Of a DNA stretch of 64,000 nt, positions 54,857-64,000 are shown piece by piece. Location of the stretch: positions 1 through 64,000 of IMG/VR virus record IMGVR_UViG_3300012919_000005; one strand, given 5' to 3'. The position numbers and the translations under genes were made by a program. How positions within the stretch are numbered: position 1 is the stretch's first letter; every line of letters begins with the position of its first letter. The stretch is from a virus. The notes below the pieces were generated by a model. It was not told the origin of the DNA. It worked only from the letters and a program-made list of their open reading frames with translations, and did not search any database.

Positions 54857-57122
54857 AGTAGCACTAATAGAAAGTAAACCATCAAAGACCGATTTTATTG
54901 GACACTTTGATAATTCATTTGAGTTTGATAGATATTCTTTAGCCTCTGACCCAAGTTTGAAGAAAGTATTAAAGAGAGATGTTGATATAGAAATAGACAT
55001 AGATAGTTATGATTGGATAATACTAATCGGGTCTGAATGTCTAAAGTTTTTTACTAATGTTACATCTATTATGGAGTATAGTGGTAAAGTGGTAGACAAA
55101 AAGTTTATCCCTGTCATAAATCCATCAATGCTTGCTTTTAAACCAGAAGTTAGAGACTTATGGGAAGACTCTAAAAGTAATATTCAAAAGTATGTATCTG
55201 GACAATTAAAAGTTGTGGAGATAGATGAAAGCATGGCATTTGGTATTACAGATAGTAGAGATTTATATGTATTCTTAGATGATGCATTAAATGATAGTGG
55301 AGAGTATATTGCACTCGACTCAGAAACAACAGGATTATACCCGCGTGACGGACACATGATTGGAATTAGTTTAAGCTTTGATGGAAAGAAAGGGGCATAC
55401 ATAGATTCCAACTGTATTGATGAAAGAGCAGAACACTTACTGCAACTACTCTTTGATAAGAAGATAGTAGTATTTCATAATGCAAAGTTTGATGTATCTT
55501 GGTTTGAGTATCATTTTAACTTTAAGTTTCCACGATTTGAAGATACTATGTTACAACACTACTTAATAGATGAAAACCCAGGCACACATGGACTAAAACA
55601 ATTATCACTAAAACATACTAAGTATGGAGACTATGAAAAACCAATGTATGATTGGATAGAACAATTTAGAAAATCACATGGTATTCTTAAAGCAGATTTT
55701 ACTTGGGATATGATTCCGTTTGATGTAATGAAAACATATGCTGCAATGGACGCAGTTTGTACCTACATCTTACACGGAAAATTTAAGAAAGCATTAGACA
55801 CTAATAAGAGACTAACTTGGGTATATGAAAATATTCTGAAACCTGGCTGTAGATTTCTTATAGATGCAGAAAATAATGGTGTCCCTTTTGATAAAAACAG
55901 ATTGTATAAATCACAACAACTTATGGGTGATGTGATAGAAGATGCTGCACATAAACTTGACGAGTATGACGCAGTACAAAAATATAAACAAGTTACAGGA
56001 GACTTTAATCCTAACTCAACAAAGCAGTTGAGAGAGTTATTATTTGACTATATTGGATTACAGCCTACTGGAAAGTTGACAGGAACAGGTGCACATTCTA
56101 CTGATGCAGAAAGTTTACAAAACTTAGCAGAAGAGCATGAGGTTCCACAACTCATTCTGAATGTAAGACAGAATGTAAAAATAAAAACAACTTACATTGA
56201 TAAAATTATACCTGCACTAGATAGAGATGGCAGATTAAGAACAAACTTTAATCTTCATGGTACAACATCAGGTCGTCTATCTTCTAGTGGTAAATTGAAT
56301 ATGCAACAACTACCTCGTGATAATCCGATAGTAAAAGGTTGTATGAAAGCAAAAGACGGAAATAAGATAGTTGCAATGGACTTAACAACTGCCGAAGTAT
56401 ATTGTGCAGCAGTTCTTGCAAAAGATGAAAATCTAAAAGATGTCTTTAGAAGTGGAGGAAACTTCCATAGTAATATTGCTAAGTTAGTATTTGGACTACC
56501 TTGTGAGGCAGACCAAGTTGCAGAACTCTATTCAATGGAAAGACAGGCAGCAAAAGCTGTTACTTTTGGTATAATGTATGGGGCTGGCCCACAGAAAATA
56601 AGCTGGCAAGTAACAAAAGATAGCGGTAAAGAGTTTACCGTAAGAGAAGCAAAAGAGGTAATTGATGACTACTTTAAACAGTTTTCGGGGTTACGAAGAT
56701 GGATTGATACCTCTCAGAACTTTATTCGTGATAACGGTTTTATCTACAGCCATTTTGGCAGAAAGAGAAGGTTACCGAATGTTGCCAGTAAAGACAAGGG
56801 TATTGCCTCACATGAGGTTCGCTCAGGGTTAAACTTTCTAGTTCAATCCGTAGCCTCCGATGTAAACTTATTAGGAGCGATTGATGCTCATAATGAAGTA
56901 AAACAAAAAGAAATCCCTGCAAAAATATTTGCACTAGTGCATGACTCAATTTTAGCAGAGGTTCAAGAAGACGCAGTAGATGAATACTGTGAAATATTAC
57001 AAAGAAATGTTCAAAAGGATAGAGGACTATCAATTATAGGTTGCCCTATTGGGTGTGACTTTGATATAGGTAATGACTATTCTTTTGGAAAGTTTAGTAA
57101 GAAATATGAGGATTTAGTATGA
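54849..57122 (+). CDS. polA: Family A DNA polymerase with 3'-5' exonuclease
   Basis: LDSETTG, HNAKFD, TSGRLSS, RQAAKAVTFGIMYG and VHDS motifs. Confidence 0.95.
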   Translation: MARVALIESKPSKTDFIGHFDNSFEFDRYSLASDPSLKKVLKRDVDIEIDIDSYDWIILIGSECLKFFTNVTSIMEYSGKVVDKKFIPVINPSMLAFKPEVRDLWEDSKSNIQKYVSGQLKVVEIDESMAFGITDSRDLYVFLDDALNDSGEYIALDSETTGLYPRDGHMIGISLSFDGKKGAYIDSNCIDERAEHLLQLLFDKKIVVFHNAKFDVSWFEYHFNFKFPRFEDTMLQHYLIDENPGTHGLKQLSLKHTKYGDYEKPMYDWIEQFRKSHGILKADFTWDMIPFDVMKTYAAMDAVCTYILHGKFKKALDTNKRLTWVYENILKPGCRFLIDAENNGVPFDKNRLYKSQQLMGDVIEDAAHKLDEYDAVQKYKQVTGDFNPNSTKQLRELLFDYIGLQPTGKLTGTGAHSTDAESLQNLAEEHEVPQLILNVRQNVKIKTTYIDKIIPALDRDGRLRTNFNLHGTTSGRLSSSGKLNMQQLPRDNPIVKGCMKAKDGNKIVAMDLTTAEVYCAAVLAKDENLKDVFRSGGNFHSNIAKLVFGLPCEADQVAELYSMERQAAKAVTFGIMYGAGPQKISWQVTKDSGKEFTVREAKEVIDDYFKQFSGLRRWIDTSQNFIRDNGFIYSHFGRKRRLPNVASKDKGIASHEVRSGLNFLVQSVASDVNLLGAIDAHNEVKQKEIPAKIFALVHDSILAEVQEDAVDEYCEILQRNVQKDRGLSIIGCPIGCDFDIGNDYSFGKFSKKYEDLV

Positions 57123-57502
57123 AAAAATTAATTTTTTGGATAGTAGATTGCTGGAGACTTGTTATGGATATGAGATATAATCCTCTAAGACATATAAAAG
57201 ACCCATCAATACAAATGTATTTCTATCTAGCACTCTTTATTATGTGGAGTGGTTACTTTTCTGTAGTAGCATGGACATGGTTAGCATGGGAAAACTATAG
57301 TGTAGTTGTATCAATTATTATACATATGGCTGTATTAGTTCCCCTATTTATTACTACTCAGATATTTGCAGAAGCAGAAAAGAATGGTTCCAAATGGTAT
57401 AGACAATACCGAACTGAACAAAGCATTGAAGCGATGAATCAAAGACTTAAACAAAGAAACTATGAAAAGCGTGTAAAATGGGATATAGATAGAGAAGCAT
57501 GA
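57119..57502 (+). CDS. Membrane protein
   Basis: RYNPLRHI...; two TM helices. Confidence 0.65.
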   Translation: MKKLIFWIVDCWRLVMDMRYNPLRHIKDPSIQMYFYLALFIMWSGYFSVVAWTWLAWENYSVVVSIIIHMAVLVPLFITTQIFAEAEKNGSKWYRQYRTEQSIEAMNQRLKQRNYEKRVKWDIDREA

Positions 57503-57948
57503 GAAACGAATCATTTTATTTAGTTATAGGTATATGTGGTTTTATGTATGGCATAATATCACATACTTACTCAAATCTAGAGTATAAAGGTTATGAAAGA
57601 AATACTGCATGTTATGGCGAATGTTATGAAAAATATGTAGAAGAAAATGGCACAGTAGTTGAACAACTACAAGCAAAACAAGCTGCAGCAGCAGAAGACC
57701 CTTTCTCTTCAATAAGAGGACTATGGGCAGGCTGTGCTGCTTGTCACGGACAAAATGGACAGGGTATGGGAATATTTCCTAAACTCGCAGGACAAAGTTC
57801 GGAGTATATAGTTGATAGACTTACAACTTATAAAAATAGAGGAGAAGTAGGAAACATGAGTTCTACAATGTGGGCTCAAGCAGGAATGTTATCTGAGCAA
57901 GATATGCAAACAATAGGTAACTTTATTGAGGAAACTATGAATGAATAG
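57499..57948 (+). CDS. Membrane-anchored class I cytochrome c (c553/c4-like)
   Basis: CAACH heme motif, PKLAGQ, distal Met (TMWAQA). Confidence 0.85.
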   Translation: MRNESFYLVIGICGFMYGIISHTYSNLEYKGYERNTACYGECYEKYVEENGTVVEQLQAKQAAAAEDPFSSIRGLWAGCAACHGQNGQGMGIFPKLAGQSSEYIVDRLTTYKNRGEVGNMSSTMWAQAGMLSEQDMQTIGNFIEETMNE

Positions 57949-58399
57949 ATTTAAAGCTCCACCAAATATAGCAACCTTCTTCTTAAGAATACCATTGTCG
58001 GCTATGTTTCTTCAGCAGGGACTAAGTAAGTTACCTGTTGATGGTACAGTTGCCGAAGCATGGGGATTGCCGTATATAGTATGGTGGTTTGTAACTTGGG
58101 GAGAGATTGGTGCTGCTGTAGGACTAATGGTAGGTGGACTAATAGGACTAATACCTTGGACAGCTAAGCATTTCTTCTTAGCAAGAATAGGTAGACACCA
58201 CCCTAATTTTAAGTTGATAACTGAAGAGTTAGGAGACTTAATTACAAGATTTAGTGGTATTACAATGACTTGTATAGCTACTGGGGTCATTTGGATTCTC
58301 AGTCCTGCAAGTCTATGGGACGTAATTTATAATGACTATTTACATATAAGTTTATATGTTGGTGGTCTTTATTTCGCATTAAGAGGAAATGTAAGATGA
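57941..58399 (+). CDS. DoxX-family membrane protein
   Basis: LRIPL...FLQQGLSK...WGEIG; several TM helices. Confidence 0.7.
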   Translation: MNRFKAPPNIATFFLRIPLSAMFLQQGLSKLPVDGTVAEAWGLPYIVWWFVTWGEIGAAVGLMVGGLIGLIPWTAKHFFLARIGRHHPNFKLITEELGDLITRFSGITMTCIATGVIWILSPASLWDVIYNDYLHISLYVGGLYFALRGNVR

Positions 58400-58605
58400 A
58401 GAAAAGAGGATATGAAGAACAACTACAGTTTAATTTACATAAACCAAGAGACGCAACTCCTAAAGAGTTTGAAGATTGGTATAAAGATGAATTAGAGCCT
58501 TGGGGAGAAAAGCAACTATCCATAGTATTTGTTATGGCACTAGTACAGTTTTCCGCATTGGCTTTTATGATGCTTTCTTTCTTTGTCATAGGGAGAGGAC
58601 TATGA
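58396..58605 (+). CDS. Small membrane protein
   Basis: C-terminal TM helix. Confidence 0.55.
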   Translation: MKKRGYEEQLQFNLHKPRDATPKEFEDWYKDELEPWGEKQLSIVFVMALVQFSALAFMMLSFFVIGRGL

Positions 58606-59096
58606 TATATGATGAAATACAGTTTCCAATCTATGTTGTCGGCACAGAAGATGTTGACTTAATTGATGGCTTGCTTGTGGCAGATGGACAAGTTATTGAT
58701 GATAAAAATATGCCTGGCAATAATCTTGCTATGCGTAGACTCCAGACGCCAATGAAGAGTATTTATCCTCTAAGATTTATGATAGATACAATTCCAGATT
58801 TGATACGGCATAGAGGCAAGAGTTATATTGATAGTAATGGACAATACTTCTTACTAGAGAAAACAAAGACTGCCTCTATCAAGTATCATAAAATAGGTAA
58901 ATTAGAGGGCAAGGGTAACGCAGCGTTAGTTTGGTGTTTAAAAAGTGACGGAATAGATATACCCTTTCCATTCGTTTGTAAAAGACCGCCAAAGTTAGAA
59001 GAAACTTGGGCAGGAATACTGTATAGAAATGGACTTCCATGGGAATTGTGGGAGTTTGCTACAGAGAAAAAGAGAGACACATGGCGAAAAATTTAA
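58602..59096 (+). CDS. Conserved T5-like hypothetical protein
   Basis: IQFPIY...DDKN...RRLQ; lies between pol and D10 as in T5. Confidence 0.7.
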   Translation: MIYDEIQFPIYVVGTEDVDLIDGLLVADGQVIDDKNMPGNNLAMRRLQTPMKSIYPLRFMIDTIPDLIRHRGKSYIDSNGQYFLLEKTKTASIKYHKIGKLEGKGNAALVWCLKSDGIDIPFPFVCKRPPKLEETWAGILYRNGLPWELWEFATEKKRDTWRKI

Positions 59097-59317
59097 TAGA
59101 AGATTTAACAGGTGGACTTTGTCTAGTAAAGTTTCAAAGTCTAAAGAGAGGTGGAGAAAGGGAAATGGAAATGACTCTTGACCCAGAACAAATACCAAAT
59201 CATTTTGTAATGAATCAACGAGATGATAGTGATAAAATTTTAATGTATAACACTACTTTTGAAAAATGGGAAGATATACAACAGGACACAATAATAGAAT
59301 GGACAAAGCTGTACTAG
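59081..59317 (+). CDS. Hypothetical protein
   Basis: VKFQSLK...TL...WEDI. Confidence 0.55.
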   Translation: MAKNLIEDLTGGLCLVKFQSLKRGGEREMEMTLDPEQIPNHFVMNQRDDSDKILMYNTTFEKWEDIQQDTIIEWTKLY

Positions 59318-60582
59318 CAAATAGAGTATTTATGGAAGTTCCTGCCGATGTTCGTGAGAAAATCGACAGAGAATTAACATATGCTATACCGCCAAGAAAT
59401 CCACAAGATCCGCCTTTCATGATAAAAAACATGGGGTATATTCGTGGGGGATTAATTTCCATACCAATTGGAAGATTGGATTTAATCCCAAGTAATTACA
59501 CGATAGTTGATATGCGAGTAAACAAACCAATCGACTTTCCTGATTTTGCGTTCACTTTACGAGAATCGCAACAAAAGGTTTATGACGAAGTGCAAGACTG
59601 TGCAATAATAAACGCATGGGTTAGCTGGGGAAAGACTTTTACAGGTTTAGCAATCGCATCAAAACTAAAACAAAAAACATTAGTAGTTGTCCACACAATT
59701 GCACTAAGAAATCAGTGGGCAAAAGAAGTAGAAAAAGTCTTTGGATTTACGCCAGGAATTATTGGAAGTGGAAAGTTTGAAACTGATACTCCGATAGTGA
59801 TTGGAAATATACAAAGTCTTTATCGTAAAGTTGATGAAATAAAAAAGGAGTTCGGGACAGTCATACTTGACGAGATGCATCACATCTCAAGCCCGACATT
59901 TAGTAGAATTATCGACAAATTACATTGTCGATATAAAATAGGACTTACAGGAACATTGGAGAGAAAAGATGGAAAGCATGTAGTATTTCGAGATTATTTC
60001 GGACAGCATGTACTAAAACCACCAAAAGAGAACTTCATGACTCCTGTAATTGACATAATTGAGTCAGATGTGCGCTTCCTCGATGGGAATCGCGTACCTT
60101 GGGCAAATAGAATAAACCATTTAGTTTCGCAAGAAGAGTATTTACATAGTGTGGCAATGATTGCTTCGGGCTATGCTGCAAAGGGACACAAAGTTCTGGT
60201 AGTAAGTGACCGAGTATCCCTGCTAAAGACTTGCGCGAGACTAAGTGGAGAGGCTGCCGTCTGCATTACAGGTGAGCTAGACCAAGAACAGAGAGAAAGT
60301 CTTTTAGAAAGTGTACAAACTTCTAAAGATATTCTCTATGGCACACAAGCGATATTTTCGGAGGGCATCTCACTTAATGCTCTGAGTTGTCTAGTTTTGG
60401 CTACACCTATTAATAACGACCCTTTACTTACGCAGTTAATCGGCAGAATCGTTCGAAAGCAAGAAGGAAAGAAACAGCCTGTTGTTGTAGACATACACCT
60501 AAAAGGTAAAACGGCTACAAGACAGGCGAAGGCTCGATATGGCTTTTACATGAAACAGGGCTATGAGATACGAATTTTATAG
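59299..60582 (+). CDS. SF2 helicase (T5 D10/UvsW-like)
   Basis: SWGKT, LDEMHH, GLTGT and QLIGRIVR motifs. Confidence 0.92.
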   Translation: MDKAVLANRVFMEVPADVREKIDRELTYAIPPRNPQDPPFMIKNMGYIRGGLISIPIGRLDLIPSNYTIVDMRVNKPIDFPDFAFTLRESQQKVYDEVQDCAIINAWVSWGKTFTGLAIASKLKQKTLVVVHTIALRNQWAKEVEKVFGFTPGIIGSGKFETDTPIVIGNIQSLYRKVDEIKKEFGTVILDEMHHISSPTFSRIIDKLHCRYKIGLTGTLERKDGKHVVFRDYFGQHVLKPPKENFMTPVIDIIESDVRFLDGNRVPWANRINHLVSQEEYLHSVAMIASGYAAKGHKVLVVSDRVSLLKTCARLSGEAAVCITGELDQEQRESLLESVQTSKDILYGTQAIFSEGISLNALSCLVLATPINNDPLLTQLIGRIVRKQEGKKQPVVVDIHLKGKTATRQAKARYGFYMKQGYEIRIL

Positions 60583-60646
60583 TCTAGGTAACAAAGTAGG
60601 TCAGAAAAATAATGCTTGACACAAGTTCAAATTTTTGTTATAATAT

Positions 60647-61057
60647 ATGATATTGTATAATTGGAAAAAGATTCTAAAAGAGACAAACGGTAGTGTAAAA
60701 GATGTCATGGTCATTCTTGACATTTTAACTCACAGAATACCGCCATCAAATTACTACGACCCCAAGTTCAAATTCTGGACGAAAAAATGGGGTGGGCGTA
60801 GTTATCTCTTGAATCCACAAGCATTATTTATACAACGGAATTTATATTCCGATAGAGAGATTGTGGAATATGCTGGTGTCGCTTCATTCCGCAACTATAA
60901 CAATTATGTTAGAACAAAAGACACCACACTGGACCTCATTATGTACCCACTTAGTGAGGATATAATAACAAATAATAGATTACTTTGGATTGAAAATGAT
61001 AAGATACATTTTAAGTTCGAAGAAATCACAGACCTAAAGGAATTAAAATGGCAATAA
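60647..61057 (+). CDS. Conserved T5-like hypothetical protein
   Basis: Lies between D10 and D11; promoter-like sequence at 60616-60644. Confidence 0.65.
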   Translation: MILYNWKKILKETNGSVKDVMVILDILTHRIPPSNYYDPKFKFWTKKWGGRSYLLNPQALFIQRNLYSDREIVEYAGVASFRNYNNYVRTKDTTLDLIMYPLSEDIITNNRLLWIENDKIHFKFEEITDLKELKWQ

Positions 61058-61680
61058 AATTTAATCAAACTAAAGGCGAAGCAAGAAAAGAGAAACTTGA
61101 CTCTTATGTATACACAGGAAAAGAAGACCACCATGTAAGACTAGTGGGCGACTTACTTCCAAGATATGTATACTGGGTAAAAGGTGAGAACGGTAAAAAT
61201 ATACCTATGGAATGTCTTGCTTTCGATAGAAACACAGAAACATTTAACAATGCTGAGAAAGACCATGTTCAATCATACTTTCCTGATTTAAAATGTGGCT
61301 GGTCATACGCTATACAATGTATAGATTACGGCGACAACAAAGTAAAAATCTTCAACCTAAAGAAGAAGTTATTCGAACAACTTACTGTCGCTATGGAAGA
61401 CTTAGGTGACCCAACAGATTTTGAGACTGGTTGGGACGTTTTCTTCAAAAGAAAGAAAACAGGGCCAAATGCTTACAATGTTGAGTATCAACTACAAGCA
61501 TTAAAATGTAAAGTAAGACCGTTAAACGAAGATGAGTTATCATTAGTTGAAAACTTAAAATCTATGGACGAAGTATTACCAAGACCTACACCTGAAATTC
61601 AATTGGATTTACTCAAAAAGATAACACAAGCTGATGATGATATGGACGATTCTGTATCTGACGAGTTTGATGTTGCGTAG
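61048..61680 (+). CDS. ssDNA-binding protein (T5 D11-like)
   Basis: LPRYVYW, GDPTD...GWD, KTGP..NVEY motifs; acidic tail. Confidence 0.85.
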   Translation: MAIKFNQTKGEARKEKLDSYVYTGKEDHHVRLVGDLLPRYVYWVKGENGKNIPMECLAFDRNTETFNNAEKDHVQSYFPDLKCGWSYAIQCIDYGDNKVKIFNLKKKLFEQLTVAMEDLGDPTDFETGWDVFFKRKKTGPNAYNVEYQLQALKCKVRPLNEDELSLVENLKSMDEVLPRPTPEIQLDLLKKITQADDDMDDSVSDEFDVA

Positions 61681-61689
61681 GAGACTGAT

Positions 61690-62229
61690 ATGATTGGAGT
61701 TGGAGAAAAATTTCCCGAGTTCGAAATGAATGGAGTAATCGGTAGTGGCGGTAATGCAGATTTACCTGACCATGACTTCTGTACTGTAAACAGTTGGGGG
61801 TTGACAGATTGGTCTATCATTTATTTTTATCCAAAAGATTTTACATTTATCTGTCCAACAGAAATTGTAGCTATGGATAAGTTAATGAACGAAACAACTG
61901 ACATCATTGGTGTTAGTGGAGATAATGAATACTGCAAATTTGCATGGAGAACAGCAGATGAACACCATGACTTATATGCGGTAGAACACGTCTTAGCTGC
62001 AGACTGTGGTCTTAAGTTAGCTTCAGAACTAGGAATAGTAAATGAAGACGAAGGAGTTTGCTACAGAGCAACTTACATACTTGACCCAGAAGGAATCATA
62101 AGACATGTATCAGTCAACGAACTTGACACAGGAAGAAATGCGGAAGAGATTAGAAGAACTCTTAAAGCACTTAAAGCTGGTGGACTCACTGGTTGTGCAT
62201 GGGAAGAAGGAGATGATTTCGTAGCATGA
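61690..62229 (+). CDS. Peroxiredoxin AhpC
   Basis: FYPKDFTFICPTE and GRNAEE motifs. Confidence 0.92.
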   Translation: MIGVGEKFPEFEMNGVIGSGGNADLPDHDFCTVNSWGLTDWSIIYFYPKDFTFICPTEIVAMDKLMNETTDIIGVSGDNEYCKFAWRTADEHHDLYAVEHVLAADCGLKLASELGIVNEDEGVCYRATYILDPEGIIRHVSVNELDTGRNAEEIRRTLKALKAGGLTGCAWEEGDDFVA

Positions 62230-63188
62230 TTCTATTTACTGCAGATTGGCATATAAAACTAGGGCAAAAGAATGTACCGATGGAATGGGCTTGTAGTAGA
62301 TACAAGCTATTCTTCGACCAAATCTATGACTTAGAGAAGAATGTTAATCTGCATATCATTGGTGGGGACTTATTCGACCGAGTCCCCTCAATGGACGAGT
62401 TAACGCTCTACTTTGATTTTGTAAAAGGTGTTACTGTGGAAACTATTATATTTGATGGTAACCATGAAGCAACTCGTAAAAACAGAACATTTTTTACAAA
62501 CTTAAAAAGAGTTACAGAAGAACTCAATCCTTTAGTACAAGTTGTAGATACTACATGGTACTTAGGAACGGAAGGCAAAGCTGCAATATTACCGTATGCT
62601 GAACTTCACAAGAAAAACAGTATAGAATCTATAGATGATACTGTAGAGTATTTATTTACTCACGTTCGTGGAGAGATACCTCCCCATGTAACACCCGAAG
62701 TAGATTTAGAAAGATTTGACAAGTTTAAACTTGTTTTTGCAGGAGACTTACATGCACATGAGAACACTCAGAGAAACATTGTCTATCCTGGAAGTCCAAT
62801 GTCTACTTCGTTTCATAGAAATGAAATCAAGACTGGTTATCTCTTAATTGATGATGACTGGTCTTGGACATGGCATAAGTTTGACATGCCACAGCTTTAT
62901 CGAAAGACTGTGACAGACCCAGCAGACATGATACCTACAGATTTTCATCATACAATATATGAAATAGAAGGAGATGTTACTGACTTAGCAAACATTAAAA
63001 ATTCAGAGTTGCTGGATAAAAAATTATTAAAAAAGACAAGTGAATCTACTCTTGCTCTACTAAAAGAAATGAGTATAGAAGAAGAACTTGCACTATACTT
63101 TACAGAAGTATTGAATTTAGAAAAAGATAAAATAAGCAAAATTATAGGAGTATTTAGTGATTATTCTAAAGAAGTTGACATGGAGTAA
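62226..63188 (+). CDS. SbcD/Mre11-like nuclease (D12)
   Basis: ADWH, GGDLFD, GNHE and GDLH motifs. Confidence 0.92.
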   Translation: MILFTADWHIKLGQKNVPMEWACSRYKLFFDQIYDLEKNVNLHIIGGDLFDRVPSMDELTLYFDFVKGVTVETIIFDGNHEATRKNRTFFTNLKRVTEELNPLVQVVDTTWYLGTEGKAAILPYAELHKKNSIESIDDTVEYLFTHVRGEIPPHVTPEVDLERFDKFKLVFAGDLHAHENTQRNIVYPGSPMSTSFHRNEIKTGYLLIDDDWSWTWHKFDMPQLYRKTVTDPADMIPTDFHHTIYEIEGDVTDLANIKNSELLDKKLLKKTSESTLALLKEMSIEEELALYFTEVLNLEKDKISKIIGVFSDYSKEVDME

Positions 63189-64000
63189 CTGCTTCTCGTA
63201 CGGAGAAAATGTAGAGCTTGATTTAACAAACTCTACTCTTACGCAGTTAGTAGGAACAAATGGTGTCGGTAAGTCATCTATTCCACTAATATTAGAAGAG
63301 GTATTATTCAACAAAAACAGTAAAGGTGTTAAAAAAGCTGATATTCCTAATAGATATGCAAACAAAGGATATAGTATAAATCTTACTTTCTCTGTAGATG
63401 AAGATGATTACGAGATAGATGTAAATAGAAAAACTAGTATAAAGTGTAAATTACTAAAAAATGGAAAAGACATATCTTCGCATACAGCAACAAATACATA
63501 TAAAACAGTAGAAGAGCTATTAAAATTAGATTTTAAGACATTTACACAGTTAGTATATCAAAATACTAATGCAAGTTTGCAGTTTTTAACTGCCACAGAT
63601 ACTAACCGTAAAAAGTTCTTGATTGACTTATTGAACTTAGACCAATATGTAGATTTTTTTGAAGTGTTTAAAGAAGAAACAAGGCTTTCATCTCAGCAAT
63701 TGTCACACCTAAATGGAAGATCAGAACAAATTGTTTCATGGTTACAAGACAACAAATCGATGGATATGACACTACTATCAAAAGTGGATTTACCAAAAAT
63801 CTCGGAAGAAGATGAAGAAACTTTACGTTCACTATTAATAGAAATTGAAAATATCTCTGAAAATAACAGAAAAATTTTAGCAAATGAAAATTATAAACAA
63901 GCGTTAAAAGAAATCAGTATTTCCCAGTACCAGAATCTTGTAGCAAACGGAAAGATTGAAGATACAAAATTAAAAAGAGAAAGTCTAGGAACATGGAAGT
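63157..64000 (+). CDS. SbcC/Rad50-like ATPase (D13), truncated by the window edge
   Basis: GTG start with AGGAG RBS; WSNCFSYG, GTNGVGKS Walker A, VYQ Q-loop. Confidence 0.9.
   Translation, partial: MIILKKLTWSNCFSYGENVELDLTNSTLTQLVGTNGVGKSSIPLILEEVLFNKNSKGVKKADIPNRYANKGYSINLTFSVDEDDYEIDVNRKTSIKCKLLKNGKDISSHTATNTYKTVEELLKLDFKTFTQLVYQNTNASLQFLTATDTNRKKFLIDLLNLDQYVDFFEVFKEETRLSSQQLSHLNGRSEQIVSWLQDNKSMDMTLLSKVDLPKISEEDEETLRSLLIEIENISENNRKILANENYKQALKEISISQYQNLVANGKIEDTKLKRESLGTWK

Noticed and set aside
37841-63883. Minus-strand ORFs across the right arm other than bS21 and the HTH gene
   Set aside because: Shadows of plus-strand genes

Overview
A 64 kb, AT-rich segment of a lytic T5-like (Demerecviridae-like) siphophage genome. 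The accessory genes suggest an aquatic or marine proteobacterial host (inference). Left arm (1-31.2 kb, minus strand): a late/morphogenesis operon with a lambda-like M-L-K-I-J tail tip, tape measure, tail chaperones with a -1 slippery site, tail tube, neck, fused prohead protease-major capsid protein, portal, HNH nickase and TerL. A ~9.3 kb accessory island sits between TerL and TerS and carries many tiny Lys/Arg-rich proteins, a CHASE2 adenylate cyclase, a FecR protein, a curlin-like protein, CsgG, CsgF, IscA and IscU. Middle (31.3-37.6 kb): a putative pre-early/terminal-repeat region (DEDD exonuclease, HAD phosphatase, A2-like DNA-binding protein), a repeat-rich non-coding stretch, and a cluster of strong sigma70 promoters driving apparently non-coding, highly structured RNAs, including one of ~800 nt with long-range and pseudoknot pairings. 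Right arm (37.6-64 kb, mostly plus strand): early and replication genes (MazG, bS21, Hsp20, lysis genes, DenV-like glycosylase, glutaredoxin, D2/D3/D5, split NAD ligase, DnaB, primase, PolA, cytochrome c, DoxX, D10, D11, AhpC, SbcD/SbcC). The best candidates for an undescribed system are the ncRNA cassette array (35.7-37.6 kb) and the curli-pore/FecR/CHASE2-cyclase module. All family calls come from motif recognition by eye; no searches were run.
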